Below, in pieces: positions 49,746 through 60,670 of a stretch of DNA of 64,000 nt. Positions within the stretch are counted from its first letter, which is position 1, and each line of letters opens with the position of its first letter. The notes beneath the pieces were generated by a model. The model was not told the DNA's origin, searched no databases, and saw only the letters and a list, made by a program, of their open reading frames with translations. The position numbers and the translations under genes were made by a program. Source of the DNA: a virus; the IMG/VR virus record IMGVR_UViG_3300032053_000053, positions 6,734-70,733 of that record. One strand, 5' to 3'.

Positions 49746-51073
49746 AAAGGTTCACAATATCAGAAATATTAATTGCATTTAAATTGGCCCATGGTGATTT
49801 ATATAATTACAGTTTATTTGTTAAATATAATGGACATAGAGACATTATCGGAATAATTTGTAAAGATCACGGGAAATTTAATCAGCAAATTTATAATCAT
49901 ATGTCCGGCAGAGGTTGTCCAAAATGTGGAAAATCACAAAGATTCACTAAAACATATTATATTAATAAAGCAAATATATTTCATAATTATAAATATAACT
50001 ATTGTTTAATGGGCGAATACAAAAACATAAAAAGTAAAATAAAAATAATTTGCCCCAATCATGGTTTATTTTTTCAAACTGCCGAATCACATCTTTTAAG
50101 AGGGTGCTCGAAATGCAGAAAGCGAAAAATAAATACGTGCAAACCTAGGCCCATCTTTTCTATGCAATCCATAATTGATAAGTTTATTGCCGTTCATGGA
50201 AATATTTATGATTATAATTTATCTGTTGCAAAATGTATGAAAGATAAAATTATTATTATATGTAAAGATCACGGCCAATTTGTTCAAAGAATCACAAAAC
50301 ATCTATGTGGGCAAGGGTGCATGAAATGTGGATTAAAGAAAAGATCAAAATCACGAGCATATACTAAGGAAGAATATTTTAGAAAATCAAATATATTTCA
50401 TAATTATAAGTATGGTTATGAATTAAGCAATTATGTTGGGGTGAGAGGGTATCTAACAATAAGATGCCCAACTCATGGTTATTTTAAACAAAAGGCATCT
50501 AAACATTTGGTTGGAGGTTGTACTAAATGTGGGCATGAAAAATTATCTAAATTATTCTCAATGACTAGTGTTGATTTTTTTAACAGAATAAAAGAAAAAT
50601 ATGGCGATAAATATAATCATAATCAGATAATTTTTAAAACATTAAATGATAAAATAAAGATAATTTGCGATAGACATGGATTATTTATTAAAACAGCGAA
50701 AGATTATTTAAATGGTGCTGGATGTCAAAAATGTAATCACAGAATATCTAAAAAAGAAACTTTGTGGTTGGATAGTTTAAATGTGCCACAGGAAATTAGA
50801 AATATAAAAATAATTATAAATGGTAGAACTTTTTATCCTGATGCTATAGATATTAAAAATAAAATAGTATATGAATTTTATGGAGATTTTTGGCATGGAA
50901 ATATTAACAGATATAAACCACAGGATTTTAATAAAGTTATCGGAAAAACATTTCAAGAACTATATAATAAAACTCAAAATAAAGAGAATGCGTTTAAATT
51001 GGCCGGATATTCAATAGTTAAAATATGGGAAAGCGATTTCGATAAACTAAATGCTGAAGCAATGGAAAAATAA
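49742..51073 (+). CDS. Putative homing endonuclease: CxxHG zinc repeats plus Vsr/PD-(D/E)xK-like nuclease
   Basis: Five ICxxHG..F...GCxKC repeats; C-terminal PDAID..YEFYGDFWHG...IWE. Confidence 0.8.
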   Translation: MKRFTISEILIAFKLAHGDLYNYSLFVKYNGHRDIIGIICKDHGKFNQQIYNHMSGRGCPKCGKSQRFTKTYYINKANIFHNYKYNYCLMGEYKNIKSKIKIICPNHGLFFQTAESHLLRGCSKCRKRKINTCKPRPIFSMQSIIDKFIAVHGNIYDYNLSVAKCMKDKIIIICKDHGQFVQRITKHLCGQGCMKCGLKKRSKSRAYTKEEYFRKSNIFHNYKYGYELSNYVGVRGYLTIRCPTHGYFKQKASKHLVGGCTKCGHEKLSKLFSMTSVDFFNRIKEKYGDKYNHNQIIFKTLNDKIKIICDRHGLFIKTAKDYLNGAGCQKCNHRISKKETLWLDSLNVPQEIRNIKIIINGRTFYPDAIDIKNKIVYEFYGDFWHGNINRYKPQDFNKVIGKTFQELYNKTQNKENAFKLAGYSIVKIWESDFDKLNAEAMEK

Positions 51074-51081
51074 TGGCATAT

Positions 51082-51963
51082 TCAGGCCATCTTGCTCCTC
51101 TTTTTATCTTCCCATTTAACAATTAACTTATATCCAGCATCTTTTATTATCTTTTCGCGGGCTTTTGTTTTTTTGTATAATTCGCCATAGGTTGTTTTTG
51201 TTCTTGGATTAATATCATTTGGGTTAAAGTGCTTTGGAGAACCGTGCCAAAACTTACCATGGAACTCATAAACTGTATTTGTTTCTGGATTATAAGCGTC
51301 TGTTTTTATTGTTTTACCATTTATTTTAATTTTTACCTGTCGATATTCTTGGGGTATGTTTAAAGAATCAAGCCATGCAGTTTCAGGTTTAGATATAAAA
51401 TTAGCACATTTTTGGCAGCCTCGTCCTTGCAGATGATCATTTGCAATTTGTTTAAAATCTCCATGATAAGGGCAAGTTATTGTTACTTTTGTCCGTGAAT
51501 TAACATAAATTGCTTTTTTATAACCCCATTTATTTCCATGTTTTTTATTGGCTTCCGCTATAAATTGCTCCGTGTCTTTTTTTATGAGACCAGCACATTT
51601 TGGACAGCCATTGCCTCTCAGATGGCTATTTGGAGTTTGTTCAAAATTACCATGATCAGAACATGTTATTTTTACTTTTGTCCAATCATTTATATAAATA
51701 ACTTTTGTATAAATCCATTTATCTCTATGTTTTTTAATAGCTTCTGCTATAAACTGCTCTGTATCTTTTTTTACGAGACCTGCACATTTTGGACAGCCTT
51801 GCCCTTGTAGATGATTATCTGGTCTTTGTTCAAAATCTCCATGATCAAGACATGTTATAATTACTTTTGTCCGTGAATTAACATAAATTATTTTTTCATA
51901 ACTATATTTATTTACATGTTTTTCAATTGCTTTTTTTATAAATTGTTCAGTATATTTTTTCAT
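51082..51963 (-). CDS. Putative homing endonuclease: CxxHG repeats plus Vsr-like nuclease
   Basis: Three TCxxHGxFxQ..HL.G.GCxKC repeats; TDAY..YEFHGKFWHG...KWE. Confidence 0.8.
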   Translation of the reverse strand: MKKYTEQFIKKAIEKHVNKYSYEKIIYVNSRTKVIITCLDHGDFEQRPDNHLQGQGCPKCAGLVKKDTEQFIAEAIKKHRDKWIYTKVIYINDWTKVKITCSDHGNFEQTPNSHLRGNGCPKCAGLIKKDTEQFIAEANKKHGNKWGYKKAIYVNSRTKVTITCPYHGDFKQIANDHLQGRGCQKCANFISKPETAWLDSLNIPQEYRQVKIKINGKTIKTDAYNPETNTVYEFHGKFWHGSPKHFNPNDINPRTKTTYGELYKKTKAREKIIKDAGYKLIVKWEDKKRSKMA

Positions 51964-52114
51964 GATCTTTTAGTATATATATCAGGCTTGGCATCGGCAC
52001 AAGGGTGTGTTTTTTTGCTAGCATCTTAATAAAAAGAATGCTTTTAAATTGACCGGATATATAATATGAGAAAGTGGTTTCGATAAACTAAATGAAGGTG
52101 ACAAGAGGAAAATA

Positions 52115-52579
52115 ATGGCATATTCAGATGACCTAATTAAGTTGCGTAAACGAATGTTAGATGCTTTAAATCTTGGTGTTGTTGATACAAATTCTAAAGA
52201 TTTGTATGAGGCAACCTTGATTCAAATTATTAATGAAACCGAGAGACAGCGCCAAGCCTGTGTTTCTAAGTCTGAGGAATTAAGGCGACAGGCGGCAATA
52301 TGTGATGGGCAGGCCTCGGCATTTACACAGGTAAGCAGTATCGTTTATAGTGTGTTAAATGGGTATATAATGGCAGCTGAGAGGCAACATCGGGAGGAGC
52401 TTGAGCGGGCCCAAGAAATGGCAGAGAAGCAAGCCAGGGTGGATGCGGCTATAAAAGAAGCCCAGGGTAAAGAAAATCAATCTAACGTTGATAATTCTGA
52501 TGTTGAGAGTGTTGAACAGGAAATTAGTGAAGATAAGGAGGATGTTGCGCTAATTAGGAAAAAGCGTAAATTAATTTAG
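52115..52579 (+). CDS. Coiled-coil hypothetical protein
   Basis: 154 aa; GAGG RBS. Confidence 0.6.
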   Translation: MAYSDDLIKLRKRMLDALNLGVVDTNSKDLYEATLIQIINETERQRQACVSKSEELRRQAAICDGQASAFTQVSSIVYSVLNGYIMAAERQHREELERAQEMAEKQARVDAAIKEAQGKENQSNVDNSDVESVEQEISEDKEDVALIRKKRKLI

Positions 52580-52650
52580 GTCATTCACTATATATCATTT
52601 TTTCTATTCTAATTAACTAACATCACAATATATTTTCATATCTATATGAA

Positions 52651-53412
52651 ATGGTCAATGGTATTCGTAAAGAAGATCTGGATGATTTAGATATTGTAGA
52701 TTCCATAGAATTAGCTTCTGACGGATATACAGTCTATTTGACATCTACAATATTTTCTACAATTAATGCTGGCAGTGTAATTACTATTAATTATCCTTCT
52801 GATGGAGAAGGTTTAATTACCGGTAGAGATCATTCGGCACAAACTGGAGATAGGGTAAGATTAACTGGAACTTCCGGTGGGCTGGCTGACGGTTATTATA
52901 TTGTTAATTCTATAATATCTGAAACAAGTTTTTCAGTTAATGAAGTCATAGCGTCTTCCACTGGCGGCACTATATATTTTATGTATTCCGCCGGGGCTAA
53001 AAGCGTAGGTTTTGATCCTTCTGGATTAATTACTATTACGGCTAATAATGTTCAAGATGCAATTAAAGAAATTGCTTTTAATTCTACTGGCATTTCAGAA
53101 CCAATTCATAAATCTTTACGTCATTTAATTCATTTTATCGTTGATGGACCCGGCGACGGTTTTCCATCAGGATCTTATCGTGAAACATTGCCAAATGGTA
53201 ATCCCTTTCCAACTTCTATTATTTGGTGGGAGTCATCTGCAAAAATTAAAAAAATTCTTGAAAGAACTTTAACATTAAATAATCAAAAAAATGCAACTAT
53301 GGTTGTTTGGAAAATGTATGACACTAATGGAACTACTGTGTTAGCTACAGCAACTGATTCAATTACATATTCTGGCATATTTGAAGTTAGTAGGACTAGA
53401 ACTTTTAGTTAG
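52651..53412 (+). CDS. Putative structural protein (2 DGY motifs)
   Basis: Beta-rich; HSAQTGDRVRLTG..GYYIV module; ANNVQDAIKEI. Confidence 0.55.
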   Translation: MVNGIRKEDLDDLDIVDSIELASDGYTVYLTSTIFSTINAGSVITINYPSDGEGLITGRDHSAQTGDRVRLTGTSGGLADGYYIVNSIISETSFSVNEVIASSTGGTIYFMYSAGAKSVGFDPSGLITITANNVQDAIKEIAFNSTGISEPIHKSLRHLIHFIVDGPGDGFPSGSYRETLPNGNPFPTSIIWWESSAKIKKILERTLTLNNQKNATMVVWKMYDTNGTTVLATATDSITYSGIFEVSRTRTFS

Positions 53413-53439
53413 GATCTATGAATATTTTTATATTTATTT

Positions 53440-54198
53440 ATGCGTTATTTATATATGATAACAAATAGAATAAATGGTAAAATATATATTGGACAAACAA
53501 ATAAAGAAAAATATCGATGGTCGCAACACAAATATATCGCTAATAATTTAGAAAAATTTATGAAAACATCCCAGTATATACATAAGGCAATGGCTAAATA
53601 TGGAACTACTAATTTTAATTATGAAATTATTGCTCAATCTAAAAGTCAAGAAGATGCAGATTTATCAGAAATTGAATTGATTAAACAATATGATAGTCGA
53701 AACCATAATAAAGGTTATAATTTTAGAATTGGCGGTTATGTTACAGAAAGATCAGAAGAAACGAGAAAAAAAATCAGTGAATCATTAAAGGGAAAAATTC
53801 CGCCACATACAGGTAAAAAACATTCTGAAGAAACTAAAATGAAACTATCTATTTCTGCTAAAATGCGTAAACAAATTCCTCCTAGTCCAAAAGGTAGAAA
53901 ATTATCTGAAGAACATAAGAAAAAATTATCTGATATTAAAAAAGGAAAACCGGGTAAAAAAACATCTGAAGAAGCTAAAATTAAAATATCCGAATCTAAT
54001 AAGGGTAAAAAGCATTCTAAAGAAACTAAAATTAAAATATCTGAATCTCATAAAGGACTATTAGCGTATAATTATATATCTTGGACTGATGAAGAAAAAA
54101 TAAATATCAAAAATGATACTCGCTCATATGCAAATATAGCTAAAGATTATAATGTAAGCGTAGGAACCATACAAAAAATTAAAAAGGACAATTATTAA
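53440..54198 (+). CDS. GIY-YIG homing endonuclease with NUMOD3 repeats
   Basis: YLYMITN..IYIGQT, GYN, repeated HSEETKxKIS, C-terminal HTH. Confidence 0.88.
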   Translation: MRYLYMITNRINGKIYIGQTNKEKYRWSQHKYIANNLEKFMKTSQYIHKAMAKYGTTNFNYEIIAQSKSQEDADLSEIELIKQYDSRNHNKGYNFRIGGYVTERSEETRKKISESLKGKIPPHTGKKHSEETKMKLSISAKMRKQIPPSPKGRKLSEEHKKKLSDIKKGKPGKKTSEEAKIKISESNKGKKHSKETKIKISESHKGLLAYNYISWTDEEKINIKNDTRSYANIAKDYNVSVGTIQKIKKDNY

Positions 54199-54200
54199 TA

Positions 54201-57200
54201 ATGTCATTTGATTCACCGGCAGCCATATTATTTTCTAGGGACGGTTATGATGTAGCTACCTTAGATGCGTATAATATAATACCACAACAAACTGGTATTA
54301 TTTCTGCAGCTCGTGATGGTTCTGTTGCTAGATTTATTACTGCTGACGGATACGGCAATCAAATTGTAGTAGGTTCTGGCACTGCAGGATTTCCTGCTGG
54401 TGGAATATTATCTATACAGGGAGTTTCTGGTGGACAGGCAATACCTGTTACAGGAACGTTTAGCAACCCATCGGTATCTCTTATTGGAATAGCTCCGCCA
54501 GGCTCTGCAACTTATTTAGGCGGCTCAGTTACTACATTACCGCCATCATACACTGATGGTTATTTAAATGCGTTATCACTAACTACAACCGGATTATTAA
54601 GGGTTGATGGATCAAATGTTACACAGCCTGTATCAGGCACTGTTACTGTTGTTCAACCTAATGCAGCAAACTTACATGCATTAGTAGTTGGTGCAGCGCC
54701 AGACGGTTATAATCCTATGGGCAACCCAGTTTTAGTTGCTGGATGGGACGGAACTAATCTTCATACAATTAGAACTGCTACAGACGGTACTGTTAGAATA
54801 GACCCAACTGGAACTACAACTCAGCCTGTTTCTCAAGTTGGTGCGTGGAATGTTAGTCAAGTTACTTCTCCATGGATAACTATAGATGCAATTGCAGACG
54901 GTTATTTACAAAATATTTTAGCAAATCAAATTAACGGTACGCAACACACTATAGTAGATGGTTATGTTCAGACTAATCCTAATGTAAATGCAACGCAAGT
55001 TGGTACGTGGACAGTTCAACAAGGCACTCCACCATGGATTACTAAAGATGGTTATGTAACTACTTCGCCACCAACATATATAAACAATACTAATAATTAT
55101 TTATCGTTAACAACTACAGGACTGTTACGCGTTGATGGATCCAATGTTACTCAGCCTGTTTCTCAAGTTGGAACATGGACGGTGCAGCAGGGAACGCCGC
55201 CTTGGACAGTTATTGGAACATCATCTGATAATAGTATAAATGTAACTACAAAACTTTCTGCATTAATAGCTAGATCAAATATAACCGCCCCAACGTGGAC
55301 TGACGGTTATCAAGTTCCATTATCAGTTACTACGGACAGTTTACTTCGTATAGATGGAGTATATCCAACAGGAGCAGCTCCTGGCGCTGATGCTACTTTA
55401 ATTGCCGGGTCAGTTACCACATCTCTTCCATCTTACACAAATGGGCAAATGAACAATTTGTCTTTAACAACAAATGGATTATTGCGTGTAACTGGTGGTT
55501 ATGCAGATAACACCACTAATACTATAGATAAGCTTCCAGTACTTCCAGCGATAGCAAATACTTCTCCACGATCTTGGACTGATGGCTATAAAGTACCTCT
55601 TTCTACTTTACTTACCGGAGCATTAAGAACTGATATTACAAGTTGGATGGGTTCAACTGCCCCAACTATTGGTCAAAAAACCGCAGCTAATAGCATACCT
55701 GTTATTATGGCGAGCGATCAGCTTGTTCAGTTGACAGGAATTATTGATAACAATATTTTTACTGATGGCACTACCAGGGTACAACCTTCTGGTTACATTT
55801 TTGATGAAGTTGCTGGTACCGCCCTTACAGAAGATGACGCTGCTGCCGCTAGAATTGATTCTAAACGCGCACAAATAATAACAATTGAAGATGGCACTAC
55901 AAGAGGATTGCGTAATACAATTAAAGGCGCATCTACTGCCGCTGTCGCTGCCGACCCATCGCTTGTAGTTACTATGAGCCCAAATACTGCGGCTATACCT
56001 ATAAATCAATTTGGTATTATTAGTACTGGAAATTCCACTAATATAAATTTGGCAGCGGGAGCAACGTTTACTGGAACTAGTATTAGTGGTTTAGGATATG
56101 AGTTAATTCAATTTCATTTTAAATCTGATCGTCCTCATACTATTTTTATTGAACACTCTCAAGATGGAGCTAACTGGGATGTTGTGGATACATTCTATGC
56201 TAGAGCTAATTTTGGTACTAGCCAAAGTATTAAATTAGTAGATGAATTTTTCAGGGCTCGTATTACAAATACTGGTGCCAGCACTTCAACATTTTTACGT
56301 TTTGAATGTAATTTAATGCCTATTGGGGAACCTACCCCGCGCACACTTACATCTCAAGGTAATTTTAAAGTTGCTTTACAAGACAATGAGCATGAAAAGC
56401 AGGCGGGATTTACTGCATTTGGACTTCTTAAAGTTGCTCAAGAGGGCATGATTGGAAATTTAAGATTTAATTCTACAACTATTAATACACAATGGAATCA
56501 AACTATTACTGGTATTGGAAACTATACTTTTGGGGCCGGAGATTCCGGTATAACATTAAATACTGGAGCATCTACTAGTAGTAAAATTAGTTTAACTTCT
56601 AAACAAAAATTTTATTATGAATCTGCTCGTAGTAATCAAGTAAAAATGTCTATTATTTTGGGAGACTCTGGTGTCGCTAATAATATTAGAGAGTGGGGAT
56701 TATCAGATGGATATAATGGAGTTTTCTTACGATTAAGCGGAACTACTCTTAGTATTGTTTTACTTAATAATGGTGTAGAAACAGTTGCCCCTACAACTTC
56801 TTGGGATAGACCAGTAACAATTGATGGCTATGGTCATCTTTGGTATATTCAATTCCAATGGTTGGGCGTTGGTAATTTTTATATTTATTATGATGAAGAG
56901 TTGGTTCATACAATTCGTTATGTAGGAACCTCAACTAATTTATCTATGGGTACGCCAGATTTACCGGTATATTTTAAAAACGAAAATACTTCTAATACAT
57001 CTAATGTTTTTATGAGAATGGGGTGTGTAGGAGTAATAGCCGAAGGTGCAAATATTATATCTGGCATTGCTGATGACGGTAGTATTCAAGAAGTTAGAGT
57101 AGATTCTAATGGTAATTTGCAAGTAGTTACAGCTACTGTTTCTGCCACAACATTTATAGGTCTTATTACTGGATTTTTGACTCTTGGAGGCGGCACTTCA

Positions 57201-57869
57201 AACACTTTAAATCCTGTTAGAGCAACTACATATAATGAGCAATCGACTAGCGCCGGACGATCTATTTCTTCTGCTAACGTTAATGATACAAGTGCAGGCA
57301 CTGGCGCTCAACAAGTAACTATTGTATATTACAAAAGTGATGGTTATGGACCATTTACTGAAGTAGTTACTATGAATGGAACATCTGCCGTTAATACTAC
57401 AAATACTGACATATGTTTTATTGAAAAAATGTTTGTATCTAGAACTGGTTCTGGAGGATTTAATGCTGGCGTTATTACTTTGTTTGTTGGAACTGCCGGC
57501 GGTGGTGGAACTTTAGGAACAATGGGAGTTGGAAATTTAGTCGCTGCAACAGGAGATAATACTACATTATGGGCGCATCATTATGTTCCTCCAGGAAAAA
57601 CTGCATCATTAGCTACAGTTATTCTTAGTAATTTCGGAGGAACCGGATCTGGTATTACTACTATGATTTTGAAAGCTAAAAAAATTGGTGTAACCGGTGC
57701 AGCTGATGTATTAATTAGTGATCTTATTGCTGTGCCAACTGGTAATGCATTAGTTAGACAATTAGGCATTCCAATTAGAGTTGTGGGACCAGCAAGGGTT
57801 TTGGGATATACAATTCCAGCATCTAACAATACTAGTAGCGAATTATCATTTGATTTCTCGGAGATATAA
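54201..57869 (+). CDS. Large fibre/spike-like structural protein (12 DGY motifs)
   Basis: 1222 aa Thr/Gly-rich; internal repeats (LSLTTTGLLRVDGSNVTQPVS; QVGTWTVQQGTPPW); FQWLGVG-containing beta domain. Confidence 0.65.
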   Translation: MSFDSPAAILFSRDGYDVATLDAYNIIPQQTGIISAARDGSVARFITADGYGNQIVVGSGTAGFPAGGILSIQGVSGGQAIPVTGTFSNPSVSLIGIAPPGSATYLGGSVTTLPPSYTDGYLNALSLTTTGLLRVDGSNVTQPVSGTVTVVQPNAANLHALVVGAAPDGYNPMGNPVLVAGWDGTNLHTIRTATDGTVRIDPTGTTTQPVSQVGAWNVSQVTSPWITIDAIADGYLQNILANQINGTQHTIVDGYVQTNPNVNATQVGTWTVQQGTPPWITKDGYVTTSPPTYINNTNNYLSLTTTGLLRVDGSNVTQPVSQVGTWTVQQGTPPWTVIGTSSDNSINVTTKLSALIARSNITAPTWTDGYQVPLSVTTDSLLRIDGVYPTGAAPGADATLIAGSVTTSLPSYTNGQMNNLSLTTNGLLRVTGGYADNTTNTIDKLPVLPAIANTSPRSWTDGYKVPLSTLLTGALRTDITSWMGSTAPTIGQKTAANSIPVIMASDQLVQLTGIIDNNIFTDGTTRVQPSGYIFDEVAGTALTEDDAAAARIDSKRAQIITIEDGTTRGLRNTIKGASTAAVAADPSLVVTMSPNTAAIPINQFGIISTGNSTNINLAAGATFTGTSISGLGYELIQFHFKSDRPHTIFIEHSQDGANWDVVDTFYARANFGTSQSIKLVDEFFRARITNTGASTSTFLRFECNLMPIGEPTPRTLTSQGNFKVALQDNEHEKQAGFTAFGLLKVAQEGMIGNLRFNSTTINTQWNQTITGIGNYTFGAGDSGITLNTGASTSSKISLTSKQKFYYESARSNQVKMSIILGDSGVANNIREWGLSDGYNGVFLRLSGTTLSIVLLNNGVETVAPTTSWDRPVTIDGYGHLWYIQFQWLGVGNFYIYYDEELVHTIRYVGTSTNLSMGTPDLPVYFKNENTSNTSNVFMRMGCVGVIAEGANIISGIADDGSIQEVRVDSNGNLQVVTATVSATTFIGLITGFLTLGGGTSNTLNPVRATTYNEQSTSAGRSISSANVNDTSAGTGAQQVTIVYYKSDGYGPFTEVVTMNGTSAVNTTNTDICFIEKMFVSRTGSGGFNAGVITLFVGTAGGGGTLGTMGVGNLVAATGDNTTLWAHHYVPPGKTASLATVILSNFGGTGSGITTMILKAKKIGVTGAADVLISDLIAVPTGNALVRQLGIPIRVVGPARVLGYTIPASNNTSSELSFDFSEI

Positions 57870-57872
57870 AGT

Positions 57873-59066
57873 ATGCCAATTACATTTAGCAATTCACAAA
57901 CTGTATTATCAGATAATTGGACATATTTTAAATCTATACTGTCTGTCAAAACTATGTTAGTTCAATATCTTGATGATGGCATTACTTATTCTATTTTTGC
58001 CTTTGATGGATCGTTAGTTTATTCTTGTTCAATTTGGAAAGGTGATGTGCCCTATGGCGTCTCATTAACTTATAGTCAAGAACAAAATGATATAGATAAA
58101 GCAGACTTTGAAACTAATTATAAAACAAAAGCTAATGCTTCATTAAATCCCATTAATGCAAATGGCATTTCTTTATCAACTATAGAGCCAAGAGCTGGTT
58201 CAGAAGTTATTTATGCTACTCATAATTTTTGCGATCGAACAACTTGGTTTGGAGATAGCGCAAGAGTTAATGGTGAAGTTTTAACAGATTCTGGCGACGG
58301 TTATGTTTTTAATAGTTCACACATTAATTGGATTGATATGCGAACTGGTAGAGTATTAGATGACGATGGGTTAGTAGAAGAACAACAATTATTAAATCCA
58401 AGCGATCCTCATGGTTATCAAGTTATTGTTAGTGTAGATGGTTATCTAAAATCTCCTCATGAAATTTTTGAAACTGCTGGTGGCGATTATGAAATCTTTT
58501 ATGACGATGGTTACGTAAAATTTGCCGAATCTCAGGCTGGCAAAACTGTAACAGCATCATATTCATATGAGAATGGAAGTACATTTTATACAAAACCGCT
58601 TCCGGGTAAGACGTTAAAAATAGAGGCGGCTGAAGCAGACTTTTCAGATGATATTGGACAAACAGATACTATTGAATATTCTGTGTGGGGCTTGGTGGAT
58701 GTTTTTGCTCCACAATATTTAGATACCAATGGTGGTCCATATCCTTCAGGAACTAAAATTCGATTAAAACAAGGATATTATAAGCGCTATACTCAAATTC
58801 TTCGTGAGGCAATTGGATCCTTTCCATCTTTACAAGGTAATGGGGTTTTAGATGAACACAAAGGTTTATCTATAAAAGAGTTTAGAAGACGGTCTCGTGG
58901 CGGATTACATACCATGCAATCTATTCCATTTAGATATGCTACAGTTAGAGATTTATTTTCAGACTATGGAATGGAATTAAGAGTGAAATTATTACACGAT
59001 AGAGTATTTTATGGGGAGACTTCTACTATAACATTTTATTGTACTTCAGTAAATAAAGGATCATAA
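57873..59066 (+). CDS. Putative structural protein (3 DGY motifs)
   Basis: 397 aa, beta-rich; GGAG RBS. Confidence 0.55.
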   Translation: MPITFSNSQTVLSDNWTYFKSILSVKTMLVQYLDDGITYSIFAFDGSLVYSCSIWKGDVPYGVSLTYSQEQNDIDKADFETNYKTKANASLNPINANGISLSTIEPRAGSEVIYATHNFCDRTTWFGDSARVNGEVLTDSGDGYVFNSSHINWIDMRTGRVLDDDGLVEEQQLLNPSDPHGYQVIVSVDGYLKSPHEIFETAGGDYEIFYDDGYVKFAESQAGKTVTASYSYENGSTFYTKPLPGKTLKIEAAEADFSDDIGQTDTIEYSVWGLVDVFAPQYLDTNGGPYPSGTKIRLKQGYYKRYTQILREAIGSFPSLQGNGVLDEHKGLSIKEFRRRSRGGLHTMQSIPFRYATVRDLFSDYGMELRVKLLHDRVFYGETSTITFYCTSVNKGS

Positions 59067-59791
59067 TGAGGGCTTTTTGTATTTATCTTATTACAAATTT
59101 AGTGAATGGAAAAAATTACGTTGGGCAAACCGTACAACAAATTAATAGAAGATTTAGTGCTCATAAACGAAGCGCTTTTAAATATGAATCATTTTTACCA
59201 TTACATCGAGCTATGAGAAAATATGGGATTGATAATTTTGAATGTAAAATAATAGAAATATGTAATTCTATTGAAGAATTAAATGAGTCGGAAACAAAAT
59301 GGATTTTAAAATTAGGTACATTCGGAAAAAGAGGATACAACTGCACTACAGGTGGTGAAGGATTTACTGTTAGTGATGATACCAAAAAGAAAATATCAAA
59401 GTCACGAATCGGAATGAAATTGTCCGAAAGTCATTGCGTAGCTATTTCTAAAAGAATGATGGGTGAAAATAATCCCTTTTATGGAAAGTCACATTCAAAA
59501 GAAACAATAGAAAAAATTAAAGAAACATTACAGGGTCAAATGGACGGAGAAAATAATCCATTTTATGGTAAAACACATACAGAAGAGACTAAAAAATTAT
59601 TATCTGAGAATCATAAAGGTAAGCACGCCGGAGAAAAACATCCTGGCGTGAAATTAACTGAAAAAGATGTATTAGAAATTAGGAATGATATTTTAAATGG
59701 AATTAATCGTAACTATTTAGCAGTAAAATTTAATGTATCTAAAGGTACTATAAATAAAATAGCAACCAGAGAAAATTGGAGTCATATATGA
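59066..59791 (+). CDS. GIY-YIG homing endonuclease with NUMOD3 repeats
   Basis: CIYLITN..NYVGQT; two GENNPFYGKxH repeats; C-terminal HTH. Confidence 0.88.
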   Translation: MRAFCIYLITNLVNGKNYVGQTVQQINRRFSAHKRSAFKYESFLPLHRAMRKYGIDNFECKIIEICNSIEELNESETKWILKLGTFGKRGYNCTTGGEGFTVSDDTKKKISKSRIGMKLSESHCVAISKRMMGENNPFYGKSHSKETIEKIKETLQGQMDGENNPFYGKTHTEETKKLLSENHKGKHAGEKHPGVKLTEKDVLEIRNDILNGINRNYLAVKFNVSKGTINKIATRENWSHI

Positions 59792-60660
59792 TAAGAGCCT
59801 TAGTTTTATCAGGCGGTGGTGCAAAAGGGGCGGCGCAGTGCGGCGCATTGCGTTATATTTTAGGTGAACTAAAAGTTTCATATGACGCATTCTGCGGAAT
59901 TTCTGTTGGCGCTTTAAATGCTGCCTTCCTCGCTCAATTTACTTATGGCGAAGAACAAAAATCTATCGATGAGTTAAATAAATTATGGCAACTGGTTGAA
60001 ACTAAAAAAATATATAAAAGACATTTCCCATTTGGGCGATTACATGGTCTTTGGCTTAATTCATTCTATAACAGTGCTCCATTATTAAATTGGATTGAGT
60101 CTGGGCTTGACATAAATAAGATACGTACATCTGGGAAACAGGTTAGGGTCGGGGCAGTTTCATTAAATACCGGCGAATATAGGATGTTTGATCAGAATTA
60201 TGAAAATTTTGCCAAAGCAGTCGCGGCATCATCTTCTTATCCGGCAATGTTAAAACCAATTGAGATGGAAGGGCAATTATGGTCTGATGGCGGGATTCGA
60301 CATATTACTCCACTACGGGCCGCAATTGACTTAGGAGCGACAGAGATAGATATTATAATCACAAGTCCAATTGCAGATACAAAGCCGTTCCCTGTCAAAC
60401 CTAACGCGATTAACGTAATAACAAGAACGCTTGACCTGATGACTGATCAAATAATATCTGATGATCTAAATGAGACCATATTCGTTAATGAAATGGTTTT
60501 AAAGGGAGATGCTCCAAACAAACGATATATAAATTTAAACATAATTCGTCCAAACAAAGACTTAACATATGACTCTCTTGATTTTTCTCCAGATAAATTA
60601 AATGAAATGAAAGAAATTGGATATAATGACGCGAAAATGCAATACAAGGTGATGTTATAG
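59788..60660 (+). CDS. Patatin-like phospholipase
   Basis: LVLSGGGAKG, GISVG (GxSxG), ASSSYP, DGG; ATG 59788 overlaps the upstream stop (ATGA). Confidence 0.9.
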   Translation: MIRALVLSGGGAKGAAQCGALRYILGELKVSYDAFCGISVGALNAAFLAQFTYGEEQKSIDELNKLWQLVETKKIYKRHFPFGRLHGLWLNSFYNSAPLLNWIESGLDINKIRTSGKQVRVGAVSLNTGEYRMFDQNYENFAKAVAASSSYPAMLKPIEMEGQLWSDGGIRHITPLRAAIDLGATEIDIIITSPIADTKPFPVKPNAINVITRTLDLMTDQIISDDLNETIFVNEMVLKGDAPNKRYINLNIIRPNKDLTYDSLDFSPDKLNEMKEIGYNDAKMQYKVML

Positions 60661-60670
60661 TATATATATT

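Noticed and set aside
53413-54200. Group I intron around the GIY-YIG gene (and other nucleases)
   Set aside because: Flanking genes have their own stops and starts, and the gaps are too short for a ribozyme core.
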